Counted from the first letter of the stretch, positions 1 to 9,818 are shown. The stretch: DNA of 64,000 nt from Spirochaetota bacterium (GCA_963663865.1 OY760686.1:1184001-1248000), one strand, 5' to 3'. Notes: a model not told the origin generated them from the sequence alone. Program-made: numbers and translations.

Positions 1-1
1 C

Positions 2-571
2 TGGTTTAAAGATGTCGGATCTGAAATTGGAAGTACTTTTCAAAACTGGCAAGACGTTGTAGGATGTGTTGCTACGGCATTTTTTATTGCTTTGTCGATA
101 TATATTGTTTGTACGACACCAGTCGGGTTTATGTTAATTGTATGTACAGTGATAGGTGCCATCGTTGGGGGTACACATGGAAATTTATTCAGTGCATCTG
201 CGTGGAAAAATTGGGACTGGGCAGGAGCAGGTATAGGAGCAGCCGAGGGTTTTGCTGTAGGGGTAGTTGGACAAATGATTCCCGATTATGGTAGCATTCC
301 CTTTCTTACAAAATATACTGGAATTAGTGCACTTCAAGCTGCATTTTACATGATGGTTGGTAATGGTATATATAATTATGCCAAAACCAATCAAGTCTGG
401 CTTGAGTGGGATACCAACACTGATAATTTGTCAAATAAGTCTTCGAATAAACTAAGTAATATTAAAATAGAAAATGGTATTGATGAAAATGTTGACTATA
501 ACAGCCTCTCTGATCTAAAAAAATCTTTGAGCTTGGTTCATTTTATTAACGCTTTTTATTCCGAGAGGTGA
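2..571 (+). CDS. Rhs-type C-terminal toxin tip (Gly-rich, hydrophobic), 5'-truncated by the window
   Basis: The frame of ORF 92..571 is open back to position 2. It shares the GxIVGGTxG...W..W.W..A..GA..G motif with the Rhs tips at 2470 and 5518. Confidence 0.6.
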   Translation, partial: WFKDVGSEIGSTFQNWQDVVGCVATAFFIALSIYIVCTTPVGFMLIVCTVIGAIVGGTHGNLFSASAWKNWDWAGAGIGAAEGFAVGVVGQMIPDYGSIPFLTKYTGISALQAAFYMMVGNGIYNYAKTNQVWLEWDTNTDNLSNKSSNKLSNIKIENGIDENVDYNSLSDLKKSLSLVHFINAFYSER

Positions 572-1200
572 GTTATATGATAAGAGAACCAGGTAGAATT
601 TTATGGATATTTTTAGTTATTTTCTGCAGCTGTGGAGTGAGTCTTAATTCATCGGCAAAGAAGGATGAAGTTATTAATTATCAACGTGAAATGAATTTTC
701 ATACTATTCGTGTTTATATAGATGCCAGAATTATATCAGAATCAGGTTATGAATTTCATGAAAAAAGCAAAATATGGAATCCAATTATTCCAATAATGAA
801 AAAATCTCTTAAAAGATTGTATGGAGAAAATGTTGATATCGTAATAACTAATATTACTGAGAAAGAGGCAAAAGTTGAGAAAGATGAAATTGAAATTGAT
901 ATAAAGATAAAACTAATAAAACCGTCTGGTTTTATTATGCCGTGTATATCGGGAATTACTTTAGGAATTATTCCATTTTCTCAAAAAAATCGTATTCAAA
1001 TGCAAACAGTTATTTCTAATAATATTAACAAAAAGACTAAAAAATATATTCTCGAGGATGAATATAAATTTTGGGTCAGCTCAATATTTATTATTGTATA
1101 TCCGTTTGTACAAACTGATTTAGATTTATTATATCAGGTGCTGGATGACCAAAATAAAACTGTTTTCAAGAACGCTACATATGACCAATTATTCAAATAA
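568..1200 (+). CDS. Lipoprotein, putative Rhs immunity protein
   Basis: Overlaps the tip stop codon (GTGA); hydrophobic signal ending FCSC; AT-rich. Confidence 0.6.
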   Translation: MSYMIREPGRILWIFLVIFCSCGVSLNSSAKKDEVINYQREMNFHTIRVYIDARIISESGYEFHEKSKIWNPIIPIMKKSLKRLYGENVDIVITNITEKEAKVEKDEIEIDIKIKLIKPSGFIMPCISGITLGIIPFSQKNRIQMQTVISNNINKKTKKYILEDEYKFWVSSIFIIVYPFVQTDLDLLYQVLDDQNKTVFKNATYDQLFK

Positions 1201-1215
1201 TTGATTTATATTTAA

Positions 1216-1680
1216 GCATGCTGGCTGCGACACAGCCCTATTTTGGTTAGCGCTTTGTTAGCGTCAGGGATAGGTATTGCAGGAGCAATATTAGTTCTTT
1301 TAATAGCTTCTGTCGTAATTGGTGCTGCTGTTGGAGCTGTAACTGGAGCAATAACAGGTGCAATTTTAGCATATGTGTCTCATGAAGCCTTTGGAACGGA
1401 TACAGAGTGGGGCGATTATGCGAAAAGAGGAGCAATTTCTGGAGCTATTGCAGGCGGCTTTGGTGGTTTATCTGGCGGGGCTAATGGTGCTTTCTCTGCC
1501 TCATTAAAGAATTGAGTTAAAACCGCTGGTGAAACAATTTCTGAAACAGCTCCAAATTTAAAAATTGGTGGGGAAACTTTTAAAGGGATTGTTGTAGAAG
1601 TTAATTTCCCTCCTCCCTCATGGTATGCTACAGATCAATCAAAAATTCTTTTTTCATCAATATGGGGTTCTGAATGGTAA
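1216..1680 (+). pseudogene. Degenerate glycine-zipper Rhs tip with internal stop
   Basis: GAVTGAITGA/GAISGAIAGG zipper. The frame continues past TGA 1513-1515 to TAA 1680. It begins with a WLRHS remnant also found in the Rhs fragment at 4643. Confidence 0.55.
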
Positions 1681-2204
1681 AAAAAATCAAGAACTGTATG
1701 AGTATTTTTTTTATAAGCTATTTATCTTGCAGTAATTTAAGTAAAAATGTAGATTGTAATAATATTGAACAATCGCTTGAAGATTATAGAATAGTGAATT
1801 GTATGGAATATAAAAAGATCTACAAAAAAAAGTTTCATCAAGTGGAACTAATAAAAAATGATGAATTATTGAATTATGAAATTATTGGTGAATTTGAAAT
1901 AGTCAAATTCATCGATCTAAACAACTATAGAGTATCAACATCGTATACTTTGATTACAGGTATACCCATTTCTCCCATGGAAATTATCAACTTTGGTGAA
2001 GATGTCAAAAGAATCGTAAGTGAATCTCATAAAAAAGCGATTGCAGAAGCAGAAAAGAAATATGTGAATGCAATTTCATATTACGGCACAAAAACTAATA
2101 ACAGCAAAGGATATAAAAAAAACACCATTCTTCTTGATATTCAACCTGATTGTCCCAATTATTTAGTTTCGAAGTATTACATGTTAAATAAGTCTCGAAA
2201 GTGA
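1674..2204 (+). CDS. Lipoprotein, putative immunity protein
   Basis: Overlaps the end of the preceding tip; signal ending YLSC; AT-rich. Confidence 0.55.
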   Translation: MVKKIKNCMSIFFISYLSCSNLSKNVDCNNIEQSLEDYRIVNCMEYKKIYKKKFHQVELIKNDELLNYEIIGEFEIVKFIDLNNYRVSTSYTLITGIPISPMEIINFGEDVKRIVSESHKKAIAEAEKKYVNAISYYGTKTNNSKGYKKNTILLDIQPDCPNYLVSKYYMLNKSRK

Positions 2205-2229
2205 AGTTGAAACTGAAAATAGTAGTTAA

Positions 2230-3192
2230 TTTCCGATTATAACAGATAACGAAGGTGATATAGCGCGCTACAAGTACGAGCCGTACGGGAAAGTACTGGT
2301 TCAGTCAACAGGCACCGGAATTTCAGACTACAAGTACACATCACAAAAGTCGGACGCTACAGGCCTCTACTACTACAACGCGAGGTACTATGACCCGGAA
2401 ATCGGCAGGTTCATAACGGCTGATACCGAGATACCTGATGTTAAGAACACTCAAGCTTTCAATAGGTACATGTACGTTGTCGGAAATCCGGTGAATTATG
2501 CTGATCCGAGTGGACACTGGGGATTCGGCTGGCTGAAAAATATAGCCAGTAGTGCGTGGAATGGGATTAAAACAGCAGGGAAAGTGATGTATGATTATGT
2601 AATAAAGCCTGTGTATGATGAAGTCTTAACACCTGTGGGGCATTTCTTCCGGGCTGGCTGGAATGGTGCAATGGACACGGTTTTTTCTGGGGACTGGTGG
2701 AAGGATATATGGAATAATAACAAGTGGTTGAGGACTACAGTATGCATTACTGTTATAATAGTTTTAATTATTATTGGAATTGCTTTGATACCTGGAGGTT
2801 CACCAGTGTGGTATTATCCTTTGGTATGTACATTGATTGGAACGATAGTTGGTGGTACCAAGGGTAATGTCGTAATGCATCCTTTTTCAAAAGATACCTG
2901 GTCAAATTGGAGCTGGGAAGGAGCGGCACTGGGTGCCATTATTGGGTTTGTTATTGGTTATGCTATCGCTTATTCTTCTGAATTAGTTGCAAAAGAAGCT
3001 GCAAAAAAATTATCTGAAAAGGTTGCTGCGGAGGAAGTATTTGCTAGTGGTTCCAAGATATGGGGAGAGGGTGCTATTAGCGGTAAGGGTGTTGTGGCGG
3101 GAAATACGCTTGGAAATTATGTCACTGAAGGATTTATTTTAGAATTATCTCTATCTTCTATTGCTATTGGTATAGGGATGCTTTTTAATTAG
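2230..3192 (+). pseudogene. Orphan Rhs core fragment plus C-terminal tip
   Basis: Open frame after TAA 2229 reads ITDNEG..YKYEPYG..TGLYYYNARYYDPEIGRFITAD..NRYMYVVGNPVNYADPSG, the Rhs-associated core. There is no ATG/GTG/TTG before the core. Confidence 0.85.
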
Positions 3193-3301
3193 TATTAAAA
3201 TTATATGTATAGGAATAAATAGAATTGTGTCACGAAATATTATGCTTTATTATAATAACTTATTGTAAGTGGTAAAGAAATTCAATTTGGATTAAACAAT
3301 A

Positions 3302-4306
3302 ATGAAAATAAAAAATGTAGCTTTCATATTAATGGTTGAAATTTGTTTTTCGTGCAATGGAGGTAAGCAATTAGAATTATATACGCAAAATAATATTAAA
3401 AACAGTAGAATTGGTTTTAGAAATTCATGCAACAATCTTTCTGACGAAGAAATAAAGCTGAGTGATTCAGTATTAAACCATATTTATTATGAAATACAAA
3501 GTGATAATGAAATACTTATTAGCGGATTTATTCCATTGAATACTGAGGTTGTCATTCCGGTGACGTCGGGGAAAAAGAAAATTGAATATTTAATCACTTC
3601 GCATATGGGCCGTTTAGAAAAAGAATATTTAATTTCAACAGTACCAAGAACCGGGTATCATATTTCAGAAAAGTATAGATACAAGAAAATTGATCTTGAG
3701 CTAAATGATGGTGAATCTATAGTTTTTAATGCAGTTATAAAAAAACCGGTAGAATACCCTTCGCTTGCTGCACTTAATTCCTGCATAGAAAAGTTTTTTC
3801 ATATACGTTCCAGGCCGGAATTGTTTTATGAAGCAAGTTTTGTTGAAGCTAACCAATTGCATAATTCAATAACGGATATAAAAGAAGCAACTATTAGGTT
3901 TAAATTATCAGATAGTGTTGTATTTAAAAATTATGCTAAGAATTCAAGTTGTAATCATGAATATACAATTGCAACTTTAGCAATAATGCTATCCCCGAGA
4001 CACCTGCATTTATTTGAAGTGCCATTAAATTCGGAAATAAATTTTCATGCTGACCCAGGTAAGTATAAAATTGGTTATATGGTGTATGGTTTGTTTTGCA
4101 GAAATAGAGAGGATGACTTAGTTGAGATGTCAATATATGAAAGAGCGAATAAAGCAAAGTTTATTGAGGTAGATGCTGTAAAAGGCAAAACAATAAATTT
4201 AACTCTTGTGAGGGTTGGTAATATGAAAAAGACTGGGTTGTTTAATAACAAACTATTTCAGGAAATAGAATTTAAGGTTGATTCGGACAAACAATACAAA
4301 GAATAA
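3302..4306 (+). CDS. Lipoprotein, putative immunity protein
   Basis: 334 aa, MKIKN..CFSC lipobox, directly downstream of an Rhs tip. Confidence 0.6.
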   Translation: MKIKNVAFILMVEICFSCNGGKQLELYTQNNIKNSRIGFRNSCNNLSDEEIKLSDSVLNHIYYEIQSDNEILISGFIPLNTEVVIPVTSGKKKIEYLITSHMGRLEKEYLISTVPRTGYHISEKYRYKKIDLELNDGESIVFNAVIKKPVEYPSLAALNSCIEKFFHIRSRPELFYEASFVEANQLHNSITDIKEATIRFKLSDSVVFKNYAKNSSCNHEYTIATLAIMLSPRHLHLFEVPLNSEINFHADPGKYKIGYMVYGLFCRNREDDLVEMSIYERANKAKFIEVDAVKGKTINLTLVRVGNMKKTGLFNNKLFQEIEFKVDSDKQYKE

Positions 4307-4342
4307 TTTTTCGTCGACTACATGAAGAATGTCTTAAGATAA

Positions 4343-4790
4343 ATTGCTATTCATGGCACAAAAGGCGACCTTGCCGCGCAGATTGAGGGAGTTAACACAG
4401 CAGCCGGCGCGAGCGTCTACCCTGTTGTGAAGAACATGTACAACTGGAAGAGCCCGGCGGGACTGATGCTAACGATAAACGCGTACGCGAGCGCCTGGCT
4501 GAACAATCCGGCGAACTACAGAAGGCTGGGTTACGCGCTCTTCGGTCTGCTTTTGGCGGCGTGTTCATTTGTGCTGTTCTACAGCGTGAGAAGGTATAAA
4601 GCAGCAAGGAGCAATAACGCGTGTTCCATGCTGCCATGGCCCTGGCTGCGACATAGCATACCTGGAATACTGCTTTTCTTCGTGTTCACATCATTCGGGC
4701 TCACCGGCTGCTTTGATGGGTCGGTAGACAACACGACAAGAAGCAATGTGAAGTACATGCACCCGAACCATGTCGGTTCAGTCGCAATGG
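4343..4790 (+). pseudogene. Rhs internal fragment with two hydrophobic segments, ending at YMHPNHVGSVAM
   Basis: G.KGDLAAQ and YMHPNHVGS match the Rhs YYHxDHLGS motif. Homology to the 9301 copy ends at 4790. Confidence 0.7.
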
Positions 4791-5245
4791 AGACTGCATG
4801 GCTTTTTCACACTGGGAGTGTGAGACCTTTTTCTTCGTCACTTTCGTCCGGGTTTTTTGCCGCAGGCTTTAACTCGCTCAGCTGTGCAACTTGCTTTTCT
4901 CTTGTCTGAGACAGGGAGCCTGTGGACCATTTTCACGCTGAGTGCGTGGCACCTCGTTGCTTTGCAACGGTATCGACCGTTTACCGAAAATATATTTTGT
5001 GCGGTGCGCACGGGCATTTCTTTCGCCACTTTTTTGTTGCGCCACAAAAAAGTGGCGAAAAAAAGGCGTTCCTCAATCGCCGGAAGGGCTGGCTTTTGTA
5101 GTTAGCAAACTATTTCAGCGCCGTTATCATCATCCTGATGAAACGGCACCCGTGCGATTTACATCCGTGTAAATCGCACGAGTTGAGTTGTTGAATCACG
5201 ATGCTTGCAGTCTCATAATTCTACAATTGTGTTTGCCTACGTTTA
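4791..5245. repeat. Multi-hairpin non-coding element, copy A
   Basis: Hairpins at 4808-4822, 5021-5060, about 5120-5148 and 5151-5180; homologous to 9427-9685. Confidence 0.7.
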
Positions 5246-5364
5246 TTTCGACCTCCTGGCGGCCGTAGGCACTGTGACATCGTGTCAGGCGCGCCGCCTC
5301 ATCGCAGTTGTAATCCCCACGAAAAATCATTGAAGTTATAAGTAGAGTTTCTAATAATAACAAC

Positions 5365-6240
5365 GGGGTCACGGACTACAAGTACACCTCGCAAAAGGCC
5401 GACGCTACAGGCCTGTACTACTACAACGCGAGGTACTATGACCCTGAAATAGGCAGGTTCATAACGGCTGATACTGAGATACCTGATGTAAAGAACACTC
5501 AAGCCTTTAACAGGTACATGTACGTTGTTGGCAATCCGGTGAATTATGCTGATCCGAGTGGGCACTGGGGATTCGGCTGGCTGAAAAATATAGCCAGTAG
5601 TGCGTGGAATGGGATTAAAACAGCAGGGAAAGTGATGTATGATTATGTAATAAAGCCTGTGTATGATGGTGCAGTAGGTTTCTTAAGAGACATTAGAGAC
5701 CTTGGCTCAGGAGTAGGCGGTTTCTTTAAAGATATGGGTAGGGATATAGGCGATTTTTTTGCGGATCTATGGGATAAACAGTGGTTTCGGGTTACAGTAT
5801 ATTTTGCTATAATTGTCGCTGCTATTATTGTCGGCATTTACTTGGCTCCAATGCTTTATGCTGCTATTGGGATAACTGTCACACAAGGAACGATGTTAGG
5901 TTATATTGGAACTGGAATGGTTCTTGGGGCTTTAATCGGAGGGACGAAGGGGAAAATTGTAAAATTTGTGATTGAATTGGCAAAGGGGAAAGTGAGATCT
6001 CTTGATGATATTGGAGATTTTTTCAAAGAAAACTGGGATTGGGAAAATGCTCTTCTTGGAGCGGCAATCGGGTCTGTCTCTGGATTATTTGGCCCACTAT
6101 TTAAAAAATATGTATGGGATTTATCAGTAAATTTTGGCGATGCTCTGTTGGAAAGTGTAAAATATCGAGAAGGTGATGCGTTATTAGGTCAAGGAGGTGA
6201 AGTGTTTTTAGGGGTAGAAATGAGTATCCCATGCTTTTAA
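5365..6240 (+). pseudogene. Orphan Rhs core fragment plus a different C-terminal tip
   Basis: DYKYTSQK..YYYNARYYDP..NPVNYADPSG. Near-identical to 2320-2620 up to VIKPVYD, then divergent. Confidence 0.85.
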
Positions 6241-6398
6241 CAATATGGAGGTTGAAATGAATAAAAAGTATTGTTTGATTATGGTTTTTATGGTTTTTGT
6301 TAGTTGTAGTTCAACACATCTAAAAGGTATTACTGCTAATAGTAATGTTTATGATTGGGCAATTAGAGGAATAGAGGTAAGCGTCAAATCTCCCCCAG

Positions 6399-8003
6399 TC
6401 ATCTGATTTTAATCATTTCCTGAGAAACCGTATCAGGCAGGAGATTTCTGAGTTCTACCTTGTTTGTACATTTTGGCAATCTTTCAAAAATATACCGCAA
6501 ATAGTAGTAAGGTTCCAGCTTGTTGGCCTTTGCACTCTCTATCAGAGAATAAAAACAGGCACTGCTTCGAGCTCCCCGGGGAGTATTCGAGAACAGCCAA
6601 TTCTTACGCCCGACGACAAATGGACGTATGGCATTTTCAACCAGATTGTTGTCCGGTGTTAACAGGTGGTGATCAAGAAAATGAATGATATTTCCCCACA
6701 TAGAAAGTGTATATGACAGGGCTTTTCCGCTTAGACTTGAAGGGAGAACAATTATTTGTTGTTCTATAAGCCAGTTATGAAACTTCTCAAGTATGGGCTT
6801 CATTTGTTCTCTGCGTTTGACAATAAAATCATCGTTCTCAAGATTTCTACTTCGCAGAGTACTTTCTACACTGTAAATGTCGCGGATATATTTCAGAGCC
6901 GTGTGTGCACACTTTGATTTCCGGTTAGCCTTGTATGCCTTTTCAAAGCCCCTTCTTGCATGAACAAGACAACCGACATGGGTAATTGTTCCTTCATATG
7001 AGGAGTCATTAAAGTCATATCCCTTATATCCGTCAGTTTGAACAAACCCGGAATAATTCTGTAGTATTCTTTTCGGAACTTCTGATGAGCGAGTCGGATG
7101 ATACTGATACAGTAAAAGAGGATGCTCTTTATCTCCATATCCATACGCCACCCACATGTATGATTTTGATGAAGGTGATTTATTTTCCTCTCTCAAAACC
7201 TGCACTGTTGTTTCGTCCATACGAATAACCGGTCCTGAAAGAATAACCTCTTCCAGGACTTCCATGAGCCCCCTGCATTTTTCTGCCACAAGAAGTGACC
7301 AGTTGCATTGTGTTGCTCGGGAGATATCAACTCCGAATCTGGAGAAGATTTTAGCTTGTCTGTAAAAAGGTAGAGCATCGCAGAATTTTGATATAACAGA
7401 ATATGCGATAAGCCCCGGTGATGCAATACTCCCAGGGACAAGTCGTTCTGGTGCTTTTGCTGTCTTTATTTCCGTAATTTCTTGTTCCAGAAAATCATCG
7501 CAGGCGCATGGGCCATATTTTTTTCTGATGTGTTTATTAACAATTATCTGCTGCGGAATAATATCAAGTTCTTCTGTTATATCTTCTCCAATGCAAGGAC
7601 GCTCTTTCCCACAGCAAGGACATAATTTTTCTTCATTATCCAGATCGTGAATGATCTCTTTACGAGGAATTTCATCTGAAAGTTTCTTTCTGCCAGGTTT
7701 TTTCCGTGTATGAGAAGGGATCGTTATATCGTCATTTTCTGGTTCTTTCGGTGAATTTTCATCAGCACCATCTTCAGCTTCGTTAAACAAAAGCAGTTGA
7801 TCTATTTCTTCTTTTGTCAGTTTTTCACTTCTCTTTCCGAAAACCATTCGCCTGAAATCTGAAAGCTGAAGCCGTAAAGAATCAATTTCTGTTTCAAGAT
7901 TATTACGTTTCTCTTCGAGCTGTAAACATTTAGAATCTAATGCCAGCAACATCTCTTTTAGTAATGCTGGATTGTCTGGAAGGTTGTTCGGATCAATACT
8001 CAT
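6399..8003 (-). CDS. tnpC: IS66 transposase TnpC
   Basis: FGKRSEK, CPCCG zinc finger, MDETTVQV, QTDGY, CLVHARR, DNNLVENAIRP, GRKNWLF. Confidence 0.97.
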   Translation of the reverse strand: MSIDPNNLPDNPALLKEMLLALDSKCLQLEEKRNNLETEIDSLRLQLSDFRRMVFGKRSEKLTKEEIDQLLLFNEAEDGADENSPKEPENDDITIPSHTRKKPGRKKLSDEIPRKEIIHDLDNEEKLCPCCGKERPCIGEDITEELDIIPQQIIVNKHIRKKYGPCACDDFLEQEITEIKTAKAPERLVPGSIASPGLIAYSVISKFCDALPFYRQAKIFSRFGVDISRATQCNWSLLVAEKCRGLMEVLEEVILSGPVIRMDETTVQVLREENKSPSSKSYMWVAYGYGDKEHPLLLYQYHPTRSSEVPKRILQNYSGFVQTDGYKGYDFNDSSYEGTITHVGCLVHARRGFEKAYKANRKSKCAHTALKYIRDIYSVESTLRSRNLENDDFIVKRREQMKPILEKFHNWLIEQQIIVLPSSLSGKALSYTLSMWGNIIHFLDHHLLTPDNNLVENAIRPFVVGRKNWLFSNTPRGARSSACFYSLIESAKANKLEPYYYLRYIFERLPKCTNKVELRNLLPDTVSQEMIKIR

Positions 8004-8044
8004 GCAGACATTGTATGTGGACGTTAATATATTAATAGTACTTT

Positions 8045-8392
8045 TTATGAAGCATGGAAAAAATTAAGAGGTCTGTGTGCATTGAAAAAGTCAATGCCTG
8101 ACAACAGCATTGTTAGCTGCTGCTGACTTATCTCCTGTACTTCCTCCTCTGTTTGCGGCCACGGAAATCTATGTTTCTCCATCCGTTTTTGCCAGAGACA
8201 AAATCCGTTGCTATCCCAATACAACACTTTTAACAAACGATGATTCCTGCTGCAGAACATGTACAGGTGACCATTGAATGGATCCAGATGCATCTCTTCC
8301 TCTGCGATAATTACAAGTCCGTTTATCTGCTTGCGCATGTCTGTAATGCCGGGCTTGATAAATATACGAACACTGTTCCAGTCTATCTGCAT
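8045..8392 (-). CDS. tnpB: IS66 accessory protein TnpB
   Basis: TDMRKQINGL, LKVLYWDSNGFCLWQKRME, FPWP. Confidence 0.95.
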   Translation of the reverse strand: MQIDWNSVRIFIKPGITDMRKQINGLVIIAEEEMHLDPFNGHLYMFCSRNHRLLKVLYWDSNGFCLWQKRMEKHRFPWPQTEEEVQEISQQQLTMLLSGIDFFNAHRPLNFFHAS

Positions 8393-8706
8393 GGGATAAC
8401 TCCGAAAGATTTGACAATACATATAAGCATCTCCGGTGATATGTCCGCTGGAAAAGAGATGTGAATTATATTGCTAAAATGGATTTCAATCCTGTTTGCT
8501 GATGCTGTTTTTTGCAGTACAGGTTTGAATTTTATTTCTGTCATGGCTGATGATTTTTGTTCACTTTCGAGTCGGCGCTTCCATTGATTAAATGACCAGT
8601 ATGATATACCTGAGTCGAGGCAGAATTTCCGTTGTGACGCTCCAGAGGCATAGAACTCTTTTAGTTGTTCCTGCCAGTATTGCTTGCGTTTTTCTCTTGA
8701 TTCCAT
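8383..8706 (-). CDS. tnpA: IS66 accessory protein TnpA (HTH)
   Basis: W..SGASQRKFC..GIS..SF..WKRRL; first gene of the IS. Confidence 0.9.
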   Translation of the reverse strand: MESREKRKQYWQEQLKEFYASGASQRKFCLDSGISYWSFNQWKRRLESEQKSSAMTEIKFKPVLQKTASANRIEIHFSNIIHISFPADISPEMLICIVKSFGVIPCR

Positions 8707-9300
8707 GTTTCCCCCATATCAAATGATGGAAATCTATCACAATTCAGAATTTATGAGAAGATGCTGTCAATTTGACGCTTACGAATAGAGAATGCTGACA
8801 GTTATAGATTTGTTATTCATGGTGCTTTATATCCTATGAATGACCTTGGCACTATTGGTCAATTTGGGGAAAAAGCAATTGAAGGAGTGTTTTTTATTTC
8901 AAGCAAACAAATTCTATTTTCAGTTTATAATCCTAACTTAATGACATATTATACAGTAGATCAAATTAAATTTGATGATATTACATCATTATCATCGAAA
9001 AAACATGGGATTACACGGCTTATTACTATTAAAACAAAAAAAAATTATGTTTATAGCATTATGGTTGTATTATGTTTGAACAATGAAGGAGTAGAAGTTG
9101 ATAAAGATAAAGTCGTCGAATTTATACTTGGGCAAAAAAATCCGAGATTATAAAATAAATATATCACTATTATATTATATCAACTCTATTCATGCTAATT
9201 ATTAAAAAAAGTAAAAGTGTTTATGTTTTTATTGAATATAATTGAAGAAATGTTATCTGATATGATATTCTATGCATGTTGTTTAATAACAATATACTAT

Positions 9301-9426
9301 GAATACTGCTCTTCTTCGTGTTCACATCATTCGGACTCACCGGCTGCTTCGACGGGTCGGTAGATAATACAACCTTGAACAATGTTAAGTACATGCACCC
9401 GAACCATGTCGGTTCAGTTGCAATGG
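9301..9426 (+). pseudogene. Second copy of the Rhs internal fragment ending HVGSVAM
   Basis: Aligns to 4665-4790 with mostly synonymous changes. Confidence 0.75.
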
Positions 9427-9685
9427 TGAGTGTAGTCTTTTTTCACGCTGAGAGTGTGGCACTTCTTTTGCCGCTTTTTGACCGGCCAAAAAGCGGCGGG
9501 AAAAAGCTGTTCCTCAGGCGCCGGAAAGGCTTGGCTTTTGCAGTTACTCGACCATTGCAGCGCCGTTATCATCATCCTGATGAAACGGCGCCCGGGCGAT
9601 TTGCATCCATGCAAATCGCACTGGATGAATTGTTGAAGCAGGGTGCCTGCAGTTTCTTAATTCCGCCATTATGTTCCTGCACCCT
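9427..9685. repeat. Multi-hairpin non-coding element, copy B
   Basis: Same hairpin series as 4791-5245, with compensatory substitutions. Confidence 0.7.
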
Positions 9686-9818
9686 GTAGAGCCGCCCAAT
9701 TTGGGCGGCTCTACCTCACCGTGACACGCAGCGCCCCGCGGATGACAAGATGAGGAGGGAAGCCGAAGGCAGGAACATTGGCGGCAGATGCAGGGTCACC
9801 CAAATTGGGCGACCCTAC
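9686..9818. repeat. Pair of GTAG-type REP palindromes
   Basis: GTAGAGCCGCCCAA-T-TTGGGCGGCTCTAC (9686-9714, perfect) and an inverted variant at 9790-9818. Confidence 0.75.

Larger units (their letters stand above)
6377..8782 (-). mobile_element. IS66-family insertion sequence, complete
   Basis: Terminal inverted repeats GTAAGCGTCAAAT / ATTTGACGCTTAC. 8-bp duplication GAATAGAG at 6369-6376 and 8783-8790. Contains tnpA-tnpB-tnpC. Confidence 0.97.
6257..9153 (+). pseudogene. Lipoprotein (putative immunity) interrupted by IS66
   Basis: 6257-6376 (40 codons, FVSC lipobox, GGAGG RBS) joins in frame to 8791-9153 once the IS and one target copy are removed, giving 160 aa. Confidence 0.85.

Noticed and set aside
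4838-5172. Short ORFs over the hairpin element (also 9414-9689)
   Set aside because: Frames are not preserved between the two copies, whereas base-pairing is, so the tract is treated as non-coding.
4791-5360. Group II or group I intron in the Rhs gene
   Set aside because: No GTGCG 5' end at the junction and no recognisable domain V/VI. The downstream Rhs at 5365 resumes about 25 codons later than precise splicing would require.
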